Source of the DNA: Flavobacterium sp.
Lineage (GTDB): Bacteria > Bacteroidota > Bacteroidia > Flavobacteriales > Flavobacteriaceae
Length of the DNA stretch: 64,000 nucleotides
Assembly: GCF_003497625.1 (NCBI RefSeq)
Contig: NZ_DNNO01000031.1
Direction: 5' to 3' (one strand)
Shown here: positions 36,565 through 46,582 of the stretch, one piece after another
How positions within the stretch are numbered: the first letter of the stretch is position 1
How the letters are laid out: each line of letters opens with the position of its first letter
The notes under the pieces: generated by a model
What the model was told of the DNA's origin: nothing
What the model saw: only the letters and a program-made list of their open reading frames with translations
Database searches by the model: none
Made by a program: the position numbers and the translations under genes

Positions 36565-39453
36565 TTATTCTTTTAGTAATTTCTTTGATTGGCTTGTACC
36601 GTTACTATCTGTTAATTTGATTAAATAAATTCCTGTTTCTAAGTCTGTAATATCTAATTGCTGATTTGATATTGCATTTTTAAACGATTTAATTATTTGC
36701 CCTGTAATGTTATAAACTTCGACTAGAGTAACATCTGCTGAAAGAGCAAAACTGTTTTCTGCAGGATTTGGATAAATTACAATCTCATTTTTAATAACTT
36801 CAAAATCATCAGATGATAAAGTTGACGGTTTGTTTCCGTAAACTCGAAATTGTCCTGGGGTTAAAGTAATTGTTGCTGTTGGACTTGTTATTGTTATTGG
36901 GGTATTGTCCATTAAATTATACCATGTCATAGGATAAGTATAGACATCAGTAGGGAAATTTGGATTGATGTTTTGATTTCCGACAGAAAAGTTAGCAATA
37001 ACAACAACATTCCTTAATTGAGTTGTTGGATATGAATTATTGTATATGTATAATCTTTGACGAATATTACTTACGTCTGGACTAATAGCAAAATCAGAAC
37101 TAAATACAGGTTCAATAGTTTTTAGTTTAATAAATTTAGACCAATCACTTAAAATAGCTGTTCTTCTGGTATCTGTTAACCAGTTTTCTGTCCATTGAAC
37201 TTGTTGTTTTGTGTCTAATTTACAATCGCCAGGGAAAAAGGCACTTTCATCATTCACACTGCCGTTAGCACAAGTGTAAATAGATTGATTGTTTCCTAAT
37301 TCGGCAAAATGCCAAATCATTTTTGGACCAGGTACTAAAATACTCATAGCCCCCAGAGCTCCCATTCTTGATAAAGCATTAGTAAGATTACCATTTACTG
37401 GTGCTGATCCTCCGCCATTTCCATAGGTGATAGCTTCATACATCATTCTATCTTTATCATGACTTTCAGGATACCCTATTAGTCTTTTTCCTGTAAAACC
37501 ACGACTATCGTGTCCCATTCTAGAAATGTTTTGAGTAGCGAATCCCATAGCTAGTTCTTTATACTGCGTAAACATTTCTCCCCACATCATAATTCCTTTT
37601 CCTTCTCCTAATCTATAGTTTGCCCATTGTTGCTCTTCATTGTCAGATCCTAAGTGTTCAAATATTACATAATGGTCGTTATCTAAGCTCCAAGAATAAT
37701 CGGCATATTCTTTTAGAATATCTACTCGGTCTTGTTGATAAGCATTAGTACAAGCGTCATCACCACCACTACAGTTTTGTGTAAATCCCTTAGTTAAATC
37801 CCAACGAAATCCATCAATTTTATATTCTGTTATCCAATGTTTGATAGTTTGTTTTACATAATTTCTAGTTAAAGAAGAAGCGTGATTAAAATCATCTCCT
37901 ACGCTGTAACTATGTCTTGCAGTAGTGTTAAAATATGGATTATCACTCGCAGGACCACCCCATCCATCTCCCTCAGGGTCATTCATCCACATTCTAATCA
38001 TTGGATTTCTACCAAATGCATGATTGAAAGCAATATCAAGGATAACTGCGATACCATTTTGATGGCATAAATCGACTAATTCTTTTAGTTTTTCTGGTGT
38101 TCCATAAAATTTATCTAATGCCATGTGAAATGCGGTGTTGTATCCCCAACTTTCATTTCCTTCAAATTCCATAATTGGCATTAATTGGATAGCATTAATA
38201 CCTAAATCTTTAAAGTATTGAATTCGGTCAATTACATTCTGATAGTTTCTATCGGCATCAAAATCGCGAATTAATAATTCGTAAACGACTAATTTATCTT
38301 TACTTGGTTTTGTAAAATTTGTTACTTGCCAATTGTAAGGAGCAGTTCCAGTTTTGAACCAAGTAACTTCACGTTCTTGTCCACTTGGGTAAATTGGTAA
38401 ATTTGGAAAAGTATTACTAGGAATCCACGGATCGTCATAAGGAGATAAAACCAATGTGGAATAAGGGTCAGCCGCTCTTACTAATGAAGGAGAGTTTGCA
38501 ATTGGTGTTTGGTCAACGACCCAATATTGATAGGTATTATCAGCACCTGGTGTTAAACCTGTTAGTTCTAGCCAAAATTTACCCGTTGAAGGGTCTTTTT
38601 TCATTGCAAAGTTTGTATCAGGAGTATAATTGTTAAAACTACCTGCAACATAAACAAAATCTTTGCCTGGAGCTTCTAAAACTAGTGTTGCTCTTGTGTT
38701 GTCTGAGGTGTTGTAATTAATTCCATTGACTAAGCCTACAGGAATTGTTTGTGCTGTACTTCCTGGATTTACAATAACTGCAAAACGTCTTGTAATTGTT
38801 GATGTTCCAATGGTTATTTCTAATTCATAATTTGTGTTTGTGGTGATGTTGGTATGATTAAAAGTGTAACTTGATGTTGTATTAGTATTTATACTAATTC
38901 CGTTAGCTTTTAAGTTATAGTTAGCATTTCCACCTGTATTGGTAGCTGCAATATTTAAATTACCACCAGAGTTAATAATTGTACTACTATTGTTTGCGGG
39001 AGCTGTTAAGTTAACTTGAAAAGTACCAACATTAAATATAAAATCACCACAAGATGGAGGTAGTTTTAAAGTTTGGCTTCCATTGGCATTCCTAAAAACC
39101 ATTCCTAATTTTGTGGTATTAGCCTGTTGAGTAGCATTTAAACCAAAGTAAGTACTAGGAGTTAAGGTAATACTCCATGTGCCATTTCCGTTATTAGTCA
39201 TTAAACCAACGCTATCGTCTTGCCCCCAGTTGCCTATAACGCTAAATCCAAACGCATTACTGTCGTCTCCAATTCCTGCATGCATGTAAACTTTTGTTGG
39301 GTTTGTTCCTATTAAATTACATCCTTGAGCTGCAGTAGAAACGGTAATAGTGATTTGATCTGTGACATTGAAACTACTGGGTGTTATTGTGACCTGAGCT
39401 ACGCTTGCCGCAATTGTGAATAAAAGTAAAAATGTAAGTATTGTTTTTTTCAT
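36565..39453 (-). CDS. GH13 alpha-amylase, large, secreted via T9SS C-terminal domain
   Basis: GH13 regions DGFRWDLTKGF and YPESHDKDR, N-terminal Ig/CBM-like repeats, and the C-terminal CTD IVIYPNPAENSF...GIYLIKLTDSNG. Confidence 0.9.
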   Translation of the reverse strand: MKKTILTFLLLFTIAASVAQVTITPSSFNVTDQITITVSTAAQGCNLIGTNPTKVYMHAGIGDDSNAFGFSVIGNWGQDDSVGLMTNNGNGTWSITLTPSTYFGLNATQQANTTKLGMVFRNANGSQTLKLPPSCGDFIFNVGTFQVNLTAPANNSSTIINSGGNLNIAATNTGGNANYNLKANGISINTNTTSSYTFNHTNITTNTNYELEITIGTSTITRRFAVIVNPGSTAQTIPVGLVNGINYNTSDNTRATLVLEAPGKDFVYVAGSFNNYTPDTNFAMKKDPSTGKFWLELTGLTPGADNTYQYWVVDQTPIANSPSLVRAADPYSTLVLSPYDDPWIPSNTFPNLPIYPSGQEREVTWFKTGTAPYNWQVTNFTKPSKDKLVVYELLIRDFDADRNYQNVIDRIQYFKDLGINAIQLMPIMEFEGNESWGYNTAFHMALDKFYGTPEKLKELVDLCHQNGIAVILDIAFNHAFGRNPMIRMWMNDPEGDGWGGPASDNPYFNTTARHSYSVGDDFNHASSLTRNYVKQTIKHWITEYKIDGFRWDLTKGFTQNCSGGDDACTNAYQQDRVDILKEYADYSWSLDNDHYVIFEHLGSDNEEQQWANYRLGEGKGIMMWGEMFTQYKELAMGFATQNISRMGHDSRGFTGKRLIGYPESHDKDRMMYEAITYGNGGGSAPVNGNLTNALSRMGALGAMSILVPGPKMIWHFAELGNNQSIYTCANGSVNDESAFFPGDCKLDTKQQVQWTENWLTDTRRTAILSDWSKFIKLKTIEPVFSSDFAISPDVSNIRQRLYIYNNSYPTTQLRNVVVIANFSVGNQNINPNFPTDVYTYPMTWYNLMDNTPITITSPTATITLTPGQFRVYGNKPSTLSSDDFEVIKNEIVIYPNPAENSFALSADVTLVEVYNITGQIIKSFKNAISNQQLDITDLETGIYLIKLTDSNGTSQSKKLLKE

Positions 39454-39504
39454 AGCCTAATTGATAAAAGGGTTGCTTATTAGGCAACCCTTTGAATTTT
39501 AATA

Positions 39505-40575
39505 TTAAAGAGCAATAAACTCATAAGTGTATTCTCTTGGATTTGACAAGTCTAGTATTACTTTGTAGTTTCCTGCTGCTCCAGAAAAAGTTAAATCTCC
39601 ACCTTCAACTAAGAAACCATCCGCATTTACTGTTCCTAAATCGAAACCATTACTCCAAGCGTTATTTCCTCTAAATTTGAATGCTCCAGGGACTAGTGCA
39701 ATACTAGCGATTTCCAATTTTTTAGTTGCAGGATTGTATGTGAAATCTGTATCAGAATCCCATCCATTTGGAGTAGCTGCTCCAATTATTCCCCAACTAA
39801 CAGCAGTAGTTGTGTAAGTTAGTGCTTCAGTGTTAGCTCTTACTCTGTAGAATCCTGCGACAGCAGTACAGTTTGATTCATTTGCTTCTGCTAAAATTCC
39901 TGAGAAATCTCCATTGTCTCCCCAATCCGTGTTTCCCCATACAAAATTTCCTGAGCCATTAGGTCCTAAGAACTTAAATTCGCCATCAAGCCACATATAT
40001 CCTTCGTAATCAGTAAGTCCAAATCCAGAAGCAGCAATTCTAGGAGCTGATTCAAAATTGTTTGCATCAGACCATCCTTGGTGATTTCCAGGTACAGCAA
40101 GTTTTGGTAAATCTGTAGAATAAGAAGTAATAAGATAAACAATTGTATTTGAATAAGATTCATTTGTACCAGTTCCAATTGTTGCTTTAATTCTAATATC
40201 TATTCCTTCTTGTGAAAAAGGAGTTAATCCAACAGCTAGGGCAGCTCCGTTAAGTTCTTCAGAGTTTATTGTCACAAATGTATTTGTGGTAGAAGTTACA
40301 ACATAAGGACTGTCAAATTCGTCTCCAGTTTTGTCAATTTCAATTGTGTATGTAATTTCTGTTGGTGTTCCAAAATCTGCTTCACTCCAAGTTAATGAAA
40401 GCCCTGGATTAGTTGTAGTTTCTGGATTTAGTTCTACAGCATCACCAGAATTTGGAGATAAAATTTCAAATTCAGCTTCTGGTGTAAGGAAGAATAAATC
40501 TTGTTCATCCTCACACGAAATTAATGCTAAAGATAAAGCTGATACAGCAAGTAAACTTTTAAATATATTTTTCAT
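39505..40575 (-). CDS. SusE/SusF-like outer-membrane lipoprotein of the starch PUL
   Basis: Lipoprotein signal (LALISCEDEQ). The position immediately downstream of susD and the beta-rich composition fit. The assignment rests mainly on context. Confidence 0.6.
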   Translation of the reverse strand: MKNIFKSLLAVSALSLALISCEDEQDLFFLTPEAEFEILSPNSGDAVELNPETTTNPGLSLTWSEADFGTPTEITYTIEIDKTGDEFDSPYVVTSTTNTFVTINSEELNGAALAVGLTPFSQEGIDIRIKATIGTGTNESYSNTIVYLITSYSTDLPKLAVPGNHQGWSDANNFESAPRIAASGFGLTDYEGYMWLDGEFKFLGPNGSGNFVWGNTDWGDNGDFSGILAEANESNCTAVAGFYRVRANTEALTYTTTAVSWGIIGAATPNGWDSDTDFTYNPATKKLEIASIALVPGAFKFRGNNAWSNGFDLGTVNADGFLVEGGDLTFSGAAGNYKVILDLSNPREYTYEFIAL

Positions 40576-40593
40576 ATTATTTTAATTTTTTTA

Positions 40594-42195
40594 TTAGTAC
40601 CCCGGGTTTTGTGTTAAATTAGGATTTGATGCCAAAGTAGCAGGATGTAATGGAAATATTTTCATGTGTTGTGGTAAAGCAATGCCATTAATTCCATTTC
40701 CTTTCCATGCCCAATTGTAGGTTCCTCCAGTAAATTTATTAAATCTGATAAGGTCTTGTCTTCTGTGACCTTCCCAATGTAGTTCTCTAGATCTTTCATC
40801 TAATATAAAATCTAAAGTTAAGTTAGATTGAGAAATGTTTGCAATTGATGAACCATTATTAGCTCTTTCTCTAAGTAGATTAATATAAGTTGTGGCTTGT
40901 GATAATGATGCGTTTGAAGCACCTCTTACAGCACACTCGGCATACATCAAATGTACATCTGCAAATCTAAATAATGGAAAATCAGTATCAGCAAATGTTG
41001 AGTTTGAACCAGCAATTCCTGTTGAAGTTCTATTTGAATATTTAAATAAAACATATCCTTGATCTCTATCGGTTACATCAGCGATTTCAATATTTCTTGA
41101 GCCAGATATTATGTTGTTTCGTTGGTCGTTACTAAATTCTGAACCATTAAATTTTTGAACGAACTGCTTTCTTAATCGTAAAGCACCTCCCCAGCCTTGG
41201 ATTCCCATATCGTCTCCGTTCTGTTCTAGAGAACCAACTTGGCCATTAATCATAACGGTTGTAGGGCCATAGTTTTGAGTTCTAACACCATCAGATTGAA
41301 TAGCAAAAATTAATTCTGGAGAAATATGATTATCTGCAGTAAAGTTGTTTTTATAATTTGGATTTAAAACATACCCAGCATTTATAAGTTCTGTACATTG
41401 TGTAGCACATTCGTTATATTTTGCAGTTCCAATATACACCTCAGCATTTAAATAGATTTTTGCTAATAACATTCTGGCAAAACCTTGATCTAATCTGCCA
41501 TACTGATTTGTTCTAGGTGCTTTTAATGTTGGTAAAATGGCTAACAATTCACTTTCAATAAAATTGAATAATTGTTGTCTATTGTACTCAGGTCCCGCAA
41601 CACCTACTGCATCATTTTCTGAATTAAAAGTGGCTTTGCCAAAGAAATCCATCAAGTGATAGTAAGCTAATGCACGTAATGCTCTAGCTTCCTGTCTGTA
41701 AATTTGAATTTCAGCTTGTTCTGTAGCACTTATTCCTCTTGAGTTTAATTTATCAGTAGTTGATTGTCTTAAAAACTCGTTTGCTAATGCTACTTGTAAC
41801 ATACCGCGACTATACATTCCTCTAAAGAATGGATTTGATGCATCCCAAATGTTTCTTTGTAATTCACGAACACCTATGTCGTTTCCGCCTTCGTATGACC
41901 AGATTACTTCATCAGTTGTTAAGTTGTTTAAATACCAAACAACACGACCATACTGGCTAAATCCAGCATCTATTCCTCCCAAGTTTGATGAAGTTGCTCC
42001 ATTTGTACTTGTTAGAGATAAATTTGCGTAAACACCAGCTATAGCACTAGAATAAGCACCGGGTTGCGAGTAAAACGCTTCCTCATCTAGTCTCAGAGGA
42101 TCGTTTGGGTCAACTTCTAAATCGTCGGTACATGAATTAAAACTTACCGAGATTAGTAAAAGTGTTAAGATTTGACTTAATTTTTTCATATTCAC
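40594..42195 (-). CDS. susD: SusD/RagB-family nutrient-binding lipoprotein
   Basis: Lipoprotein signal (SFNSCTDD). The size (533 aa), TPR-like helical composition and pairing with the upstream SusC-type receptor all fit. Confidence 0.9.
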   Translation of the reverse strand: MNMKKLSQILTLLLISVSFNSCTDDLEVDPNDPLRLDEEAFYSQPGAYSSAIAGVYANLSLTSTNGATSSNLGGIDAGFSQYGRVVWYLNNLTTDEVIWSYEGGNDIGVRELQRNIWDASNPFFRGMYSRGMLQVALANEFLRQSTTDKLNSRGISATEQAEIQIYRQEARALRALAYYHLMDFFGKATFNSENDAVGVAGPEYNRQQLFNFIESELLAILPTLKAPRTNQYGRLDQGFARMLLAKIYLNAEVYIGTAKYNECATQCTELINAGYVLNPNYKNNFTADNHISPELIFAIQSDGVRTQNYGPTTVMINGQVGSLEQNGDDMGIQGWGGALRLRKQFVQKFNGSEFSNDQRNNIISGSRNIEIADVTDRDQGYVLFKYSNRTSTGIAGSNSTFADTDFPLFRFADVHLMYAECAVRGASNASLSQATTYINLLRERANNGSSIANISQSNLTLDFILDERSRELHWEGHRRQDLIRFNKFTGGTYNWAWKGNGINGIALPQHMKIFPLHPATLASNPNLTQNPGY

Positions 42196-42201
42196 AATTT
42201 T

Positions 42202-45132
42202 TTAAAATTTGACATTAGCTCCAAATAAAATTTGTCTTTGTCTTGGATATATAGTTTGGTCATTACCACCTGTAAATTCAGGGTCTAATCCAGAATATTT
42301 AGTTATAATAAATGGATTTTGAACACCAGTAAATAATCTCAAAGAAGCTTTTCCTTCTAACCATTTTGGGAATGTATAGCCGAATGTTGCATAGTCCATT
42401 CTTAAGAAAGATCCATTCTCAACAAATAAATCAGACAAAATTTGTCCTACTCCAGGAGTATTAAAATTATAGTCTAAAACAGATGATGGTAAGTTTTGTA
42501 ATTCACCATTCAAAATTTGATTATAGTAAGAAGAGCGAGATTTTACCACATTCAATATTCTATTTCCAAAACTTGCTCTTAAATTAAATCCTAAATCAAA
42601 ATTTTTGTAATTAAAACTTGTTGAAAAACCTAAAATTAAATTTGGATCAATGTTTTTGTAGATATATCTATCGCTATTATTAACAAGTCCGTCTCCATTT
42701 AAGTCGGCAAAAGCGCCTTCAATAGGTGATCCATCGTTGTTGTATAATTGTTTGAAAACATAAAATGAATTTGGTGTAAAACCTTCTTGCATAATCTGAG
42801 ATTCAGTTCCAATTCCTATGTTTCCTACAAAGATAGGCACGCCACCAGCAATTTCGTCAATTCTTCTTTCAAATTTTGAAGCATTAAAATTAACATTCCA
42901 GTTTAAGTTTTCTTGTTTTAAAACATCATAATTAATGTTTAATTCGAAACCTTTAACACTCATGCTTCCGATATTTTGAGGACCTTCATTTGTAAAGTTA
43001 CTTCCGTCTGCAAAAGGAGCAACCTGGAACAGGTCATCAGAAACTTTATAAAAGAAATCTAAACTTCCATTTAAACGGTTATCTTTTATACCAAAATCAA
43101 CACCCGCATTGTAAGTTGTTGTTTCTTCCCATTTAAGATTTGGATTGAAACCTCCTGGTTGTGCAACATTAAAATAGTTACTATCAAAAGCATATTGTGA
43201 GTTTTGATCACCTAAATAATATTGTGGTAAGTAAAATAATCCAGCTCCAATATCTTGTTGTCCAGTTACACCCCATCCAGCTCTTAATTTTAATTCGCTG
43301 ATTATCTTGTTTTCTTTAAAGAAGTCTTCTTTTAATTTCCAAGCTAAAGAAGCAGCAGGAAAATTGCCCCATCTATTTGAGTCTGAAAATCGTGACGTTC
43401 CATCTCTACGATAGCTTAATGTTAATAAATATTTGTCTTTATAAGTGAAGTTAGTCCTTCCAAAGAAACCTACATATACAATATCATCATTCACAGTAGA
43501 TTGCGGAATGTCATCTGCGTTATTTTGATTTCTTGTGGTGTAGCCATATCCTTCAAAAATTTGATAAGAATATCCACCAGTAACATCAAAAGTTAAATCG
43601 TTGAAAGTTTTATTGTAAACTAAATAGGAGTCTATTAATTTATTTGTGCTAACGCCATCTGAGTAACTATTGTTTCCGATTAGAGCATTTTGTCTTATAG
43701 GAGAAGTTCTAGCTGTTATAGGAGTAAAGTTTCTGCTGTTTCCAGCATCTCTATCATAACCTAGATTGGTAACCCATCTTAGTTCAGGCAGAAAGTGAAA
43801 TTTGTAATCTACTTCAAAATTACCAAAAAGTTTGTAATTTTCACTTCTGTTGTTTGTTTGTAATAGTTGAGCAACTGGGTTGGCAACTGCAATTGGAGCA
43901 AAATCATTAATTGTAGGACCGTCTCTGAATTCAAAGAATCCATCGAAAGGCGAAGTCGGATCATAAACAGGCTGCGTTGGATCCATTGCTATAGCTCCAC
44001 CTTCAACACCTGGAGCGTTTCTTCTATTAGTATTTGTATAGTTTAAAGACATTCTAGTCTTTAAGTGATTACCGAAAAAACTAGGACTTAAATTTAAAGA
44101 GACATTATTTCTATTCATGTAATCAGTTAATCTTATTCCTTCTTGATAAGTGTTTGCTATAGTTAATCTAGTTGGAATAAGACCTAAGAAATTACCTTTT
44201 ATACTAAGATTATTGTCTATATAATCTGTACGTCTGTAAATTTCTTCTTGCCAATCTGTATTAGCATTCCCCATTTTGTCTCTAACGCCTTGGTTAAAGG
44301 CAGAGTTTGGAACACTTGGGCCAACAGGATATAAATTGTTTACTACTTGTCTGAATTGATCTGCTGAAAGCACATCAATTTTGTTAACTTTTTTGCCAGT
44401 TCCATATTGAACGTTGTAATCAACTTGTAATTCTTTAGACCCTTTTTTTGTGGTAATGATAATTACACCATTAGAAGCTCTCGTTCCATAAATTGCTGTT
44501 GCCGATGCATCTTTTAAAATTGTAAAACTTTCAACATCGCTAGGGTTTAAAGTAGCTAAAACCCTTGAGTCCATTGGTAACCCGTCTAAAACTACTAATG
44601 GGTCATTATTCGCTAAAAGTGAAGAGCCTCCTCGAATTCTGATAGTTGGAACTGATCCTGGAGAACCTCCATTTGAATTAATTGTAACTCCAGCGACTTT
44701 TCCTGTCAGTAAATTATCAACGGTTACATTAGCGCCTTTGTTAAAATCGCTAGAAGTTATTGAAGTTACAGAACCAGTAGCATCTTTCTTTTTAACTGTT
44801 CCGTATCCAATAACAACAACATCCTTCAATTCTTTTTGATCTTCTTGTAAAGTGATAGTTATCGTGTTTTGATTTTCATATGTTATGGTTTCATCTTTAA
44901 AGCCTATATATGAGAATACAATTCGATCTCCTTTTTTGATGTTCGTTAAAGTGAAATTCCCATCAAAGTCGGTAGTAACTCCGTTTGTTGTGCCTGCTAC
45001 TAATACATTTACTCCTGGTAAGGTTTGTTTTGAAGAGCCGTCTAAAACAACCCCTTTTAGGGTGTTTTGAGCCAACAAGCCTAAGGGTAACATCAGTAGC
45101 AAAAGCAATAACTTTTTTTGCAATGTTTTCAT
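42202..45132 (-). CDS. susC: SusC/RagA-family TonB-dependent receptor
   Basis: N-terminal CarboxypepD_reg-like segment (LKGVVLDGSSKQTLPGVNVLV), plug region (VVIGYGTVKKKDATGSV), and a 976-aa beta-barrel ending in F. Confidence 0.9.
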   Translation of the reverse strand: MKTLQKKLLLLLLMLPLGLLAQNTLKGVVLDGSSKQTLPGVNVLVAGTTNGVTTDFDGNFTLTNIKKGDRIVFSYIGFKDETITYENQNTITITLQEDQKELKDVVVIGYGTVKKKDATGSVTSITSSDFNKGANVTVDNLLTGKVAGVTINSNGGSPGSVPTIRIRGGSSLLANNDPLVVLDGLPMDSRVLATLNPSDVESFTILKDASATAIYGTRASNGVIIITTKKGSKELQVDYNVQYGTGKKVNKIDVLSADQFRQVVNNLYPVGPSVPNSAFNQGVRDKMGNANTDWQEEIYRRTDYIDNNLSIKGNFLGLIPTRLTIANTYQEGIRLTDYMNRNNVSLNLSPSFFGNHLKTRMSLNYTNTNRRNAPGVEGGAIAMDPTQPVYDPTSPFDGFFEFRDGPTINDFAPIAVANPVAQLLQTNNRSENYKLFGNFEVDYKFHFLPELRWVTNLGYDRDAGNSRNFTPITARTSPIRQNALIGNNSYSDGVSTNKLIDSYLVYNKTFNDLTFDVTGGYSYQIFEGYGYTTRNQNNADDIPQSTVNDDIVYVGFFGRTNFTYKDKYLLTLSYRRDGTSRFSDSNRWGNFPAASLAWKLKEDFFKENKIISELKLRAGWGVTGQQDIGAGLFYLPQYYLGDQNSQYAFDSNYFNVAQPGGFNPNLKWEETTTYNAGVDFGIKDNRLNGSLDFFYKVSDDLFQVAPFADGSNFTNEGPQNIGSMSVKGFELNINYDVLKQENLNWNVNFNASKFERRIDEIAGGVPIFVGNIGIGTESQIMQEGFTPNSFYVFKQLYNNDGSPIEGAFADLNGDGLVNNSDRYIYKNIDPNLILGFSTSFNYKNFDLGFNLRASFGNRILNVVKSRSSYYNQILNGELQNLPSSVLDYNFNTPGVGQILSDLFVENGSFLRMDYATFGYTFPKWLEGKASLRLFTGVQNPFIITKYSGLDPEFTGGNDQTIYPRQRQILFGANVKF

Positions 45133-45238
45133 ACAAATTGTTTAGGTTAAATTGTTTTTTATTTACTTGTAAATTCACTTCTAATGTTAAATTTATGTAA
45201 AAATTGCAGATAAAAAAACGGAGATTTGTGAAAAGCCT

Positions 45239-45256
45239 TGCGAAAACGTTTTCGTG
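45239..45256. promoter_or_regulatory. candidate LacI-family operator between susC and the regulator gene
   Basis: tgCGAAAACGTTTTCGtg contains a perfect 14-bp palindrome (45241-45254) with the central CG typical of LacI/GalR operators. Confidence 0.55.
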
Positions 45257-45355
45257 TTGAAAACTTTATCAATAAGTGCCAATTTTTAACATAATATTGC
45301 AATACCAAAAAAAATAAGTTACATTTATTAAAAAATTATAATCGACTAAATTGTC

Positions 45356-46378
45356 ATGAGAAGAAAAGTTACTTTAAAGCAAATTGCAAAAGAATTAGAT
45401 GTGTCGATCTCAACAGTTTCAAAATCGCTTCGTGATAGTTCCGAAATTAGCGAGGACACTCGCTTGAAAGTTCAGGCCTTTGCAAAGCTTTATAATTATA
45501 AGCCTAATAACATTGCGTTAAGTTTAAAAAATAAGAAAACTAAGACAATAGGTATTATTATTCCAGAAATAGTACATCACTTTTTTGCAACGGTAATTAG
45601 TGGTATTGAGCAAGTGGCAAATGAATGCGGTTATAATGTTATTGTTTGTTTATCAGACGAATCTTTTGATAAAGAAGTTATTAATATGGAAATGTTAGCC
45701 AACGGTAGTACCGATGGTTTTATTATGTCGTTATCAAAAGAAACCCAACAAAAGAGAGACTTTCACCATCTTCAAGAAGTAATTAATCAAGGAATGCCTG
45801 TGGTGCTATTTGATAGAATTTCCAATGACATTATGTGCGATAAAGTGATCATTGACGACCAATTAGCGGCTTATGAAGCGACTAATTTCTTAATTTCTAA
45901 AGGATTGAAGAAAATCGCCCTACTAACTACAGTTGATTACGTTAGTGTTGGGAAATTAAGAACAGATGGTTATCTAAATGTTTTACACGATCACGGAATA
46001 GAAGTAGATGAAAGCTTAATAATTCGAATTGAAGATACTGAGCATTGTGATGAGAAAATCAATGAATTATTAGAAAATCAATCTATTGATGCTATTTTGG
46101 CGGTTAATGAGTTGTTTGCTGTTACAGCAATAAAATTAGCTATGTCTAAAGGGATTAAAATTCCTGAAGATTTATCAGTAGTAGCTTTTACAGATGGAAT
46201 TATCTCTAAATATTCCACTCCAACGATTACTACTATTAGTCAAAATGGGATTAAAATGGGAAGAAAGGCAGCTGAAATGCTTATAAATAGATTGGAATTA
46301 GAAGATGAAGACGATGAGCATTATAGAACTGAAATTATAGAAACGAATCTAATAATTCGAGAATCTACGAAATCGTGA
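45356..46378 (+). CDS. LacI-family transcriptional regulator (probable maltose/starch PUL regulator)
   Basis: N-terminal HTH VTLKQIAKELDVSISTVSKSLRD and a periplasmic-binding-protein-like C-terminal domain. Confidence 0.9.
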   Translation: MRRKVTLKQIAKELDVSISTVSKSLRDSSEISEDTRLKVQAFAKLYNYKPNNIALSLKNKKTKTIGIIIPEIVHHFFATVISGIEQVANECGYNVIVCLSDESFDKEVINMEMLANGSTDGFIMSLSKETQQKRDFHHLQEVINQGMPVVLFDRISNDIMCDKVIIDDQLAAYEATNFLISKGLKKIALLTTVDYVSVGKLRTDGYLNVLHDHGIEVDESLIIRIEDTEHCDEKINELLENQSIDAILAVNELFAVTAIKLAMSKGIKIPEDLSVVAFTDGIISKYSTPTITTISQNGIKMGRKAAEMLINRLELEDEDDEHYRTEIIETNLIIRESTKS

Positions 46379-46582
46379 TAGTTGAGTTTAATATATTAAA
46401 AATCAATTATTTATAAATTAAATTTATTCAATTCGGATAAAAAATATTTACACAAATAAGATTATTTATTAAAATAACCTTTTATATTTGTGATATCAAA
46501 ACTTGTAACTTCACTTCTAAAAACATAAGTTTTGATAAGCACATAGAACGCTTATCGATTTATTAATCAATAAATTACGATA

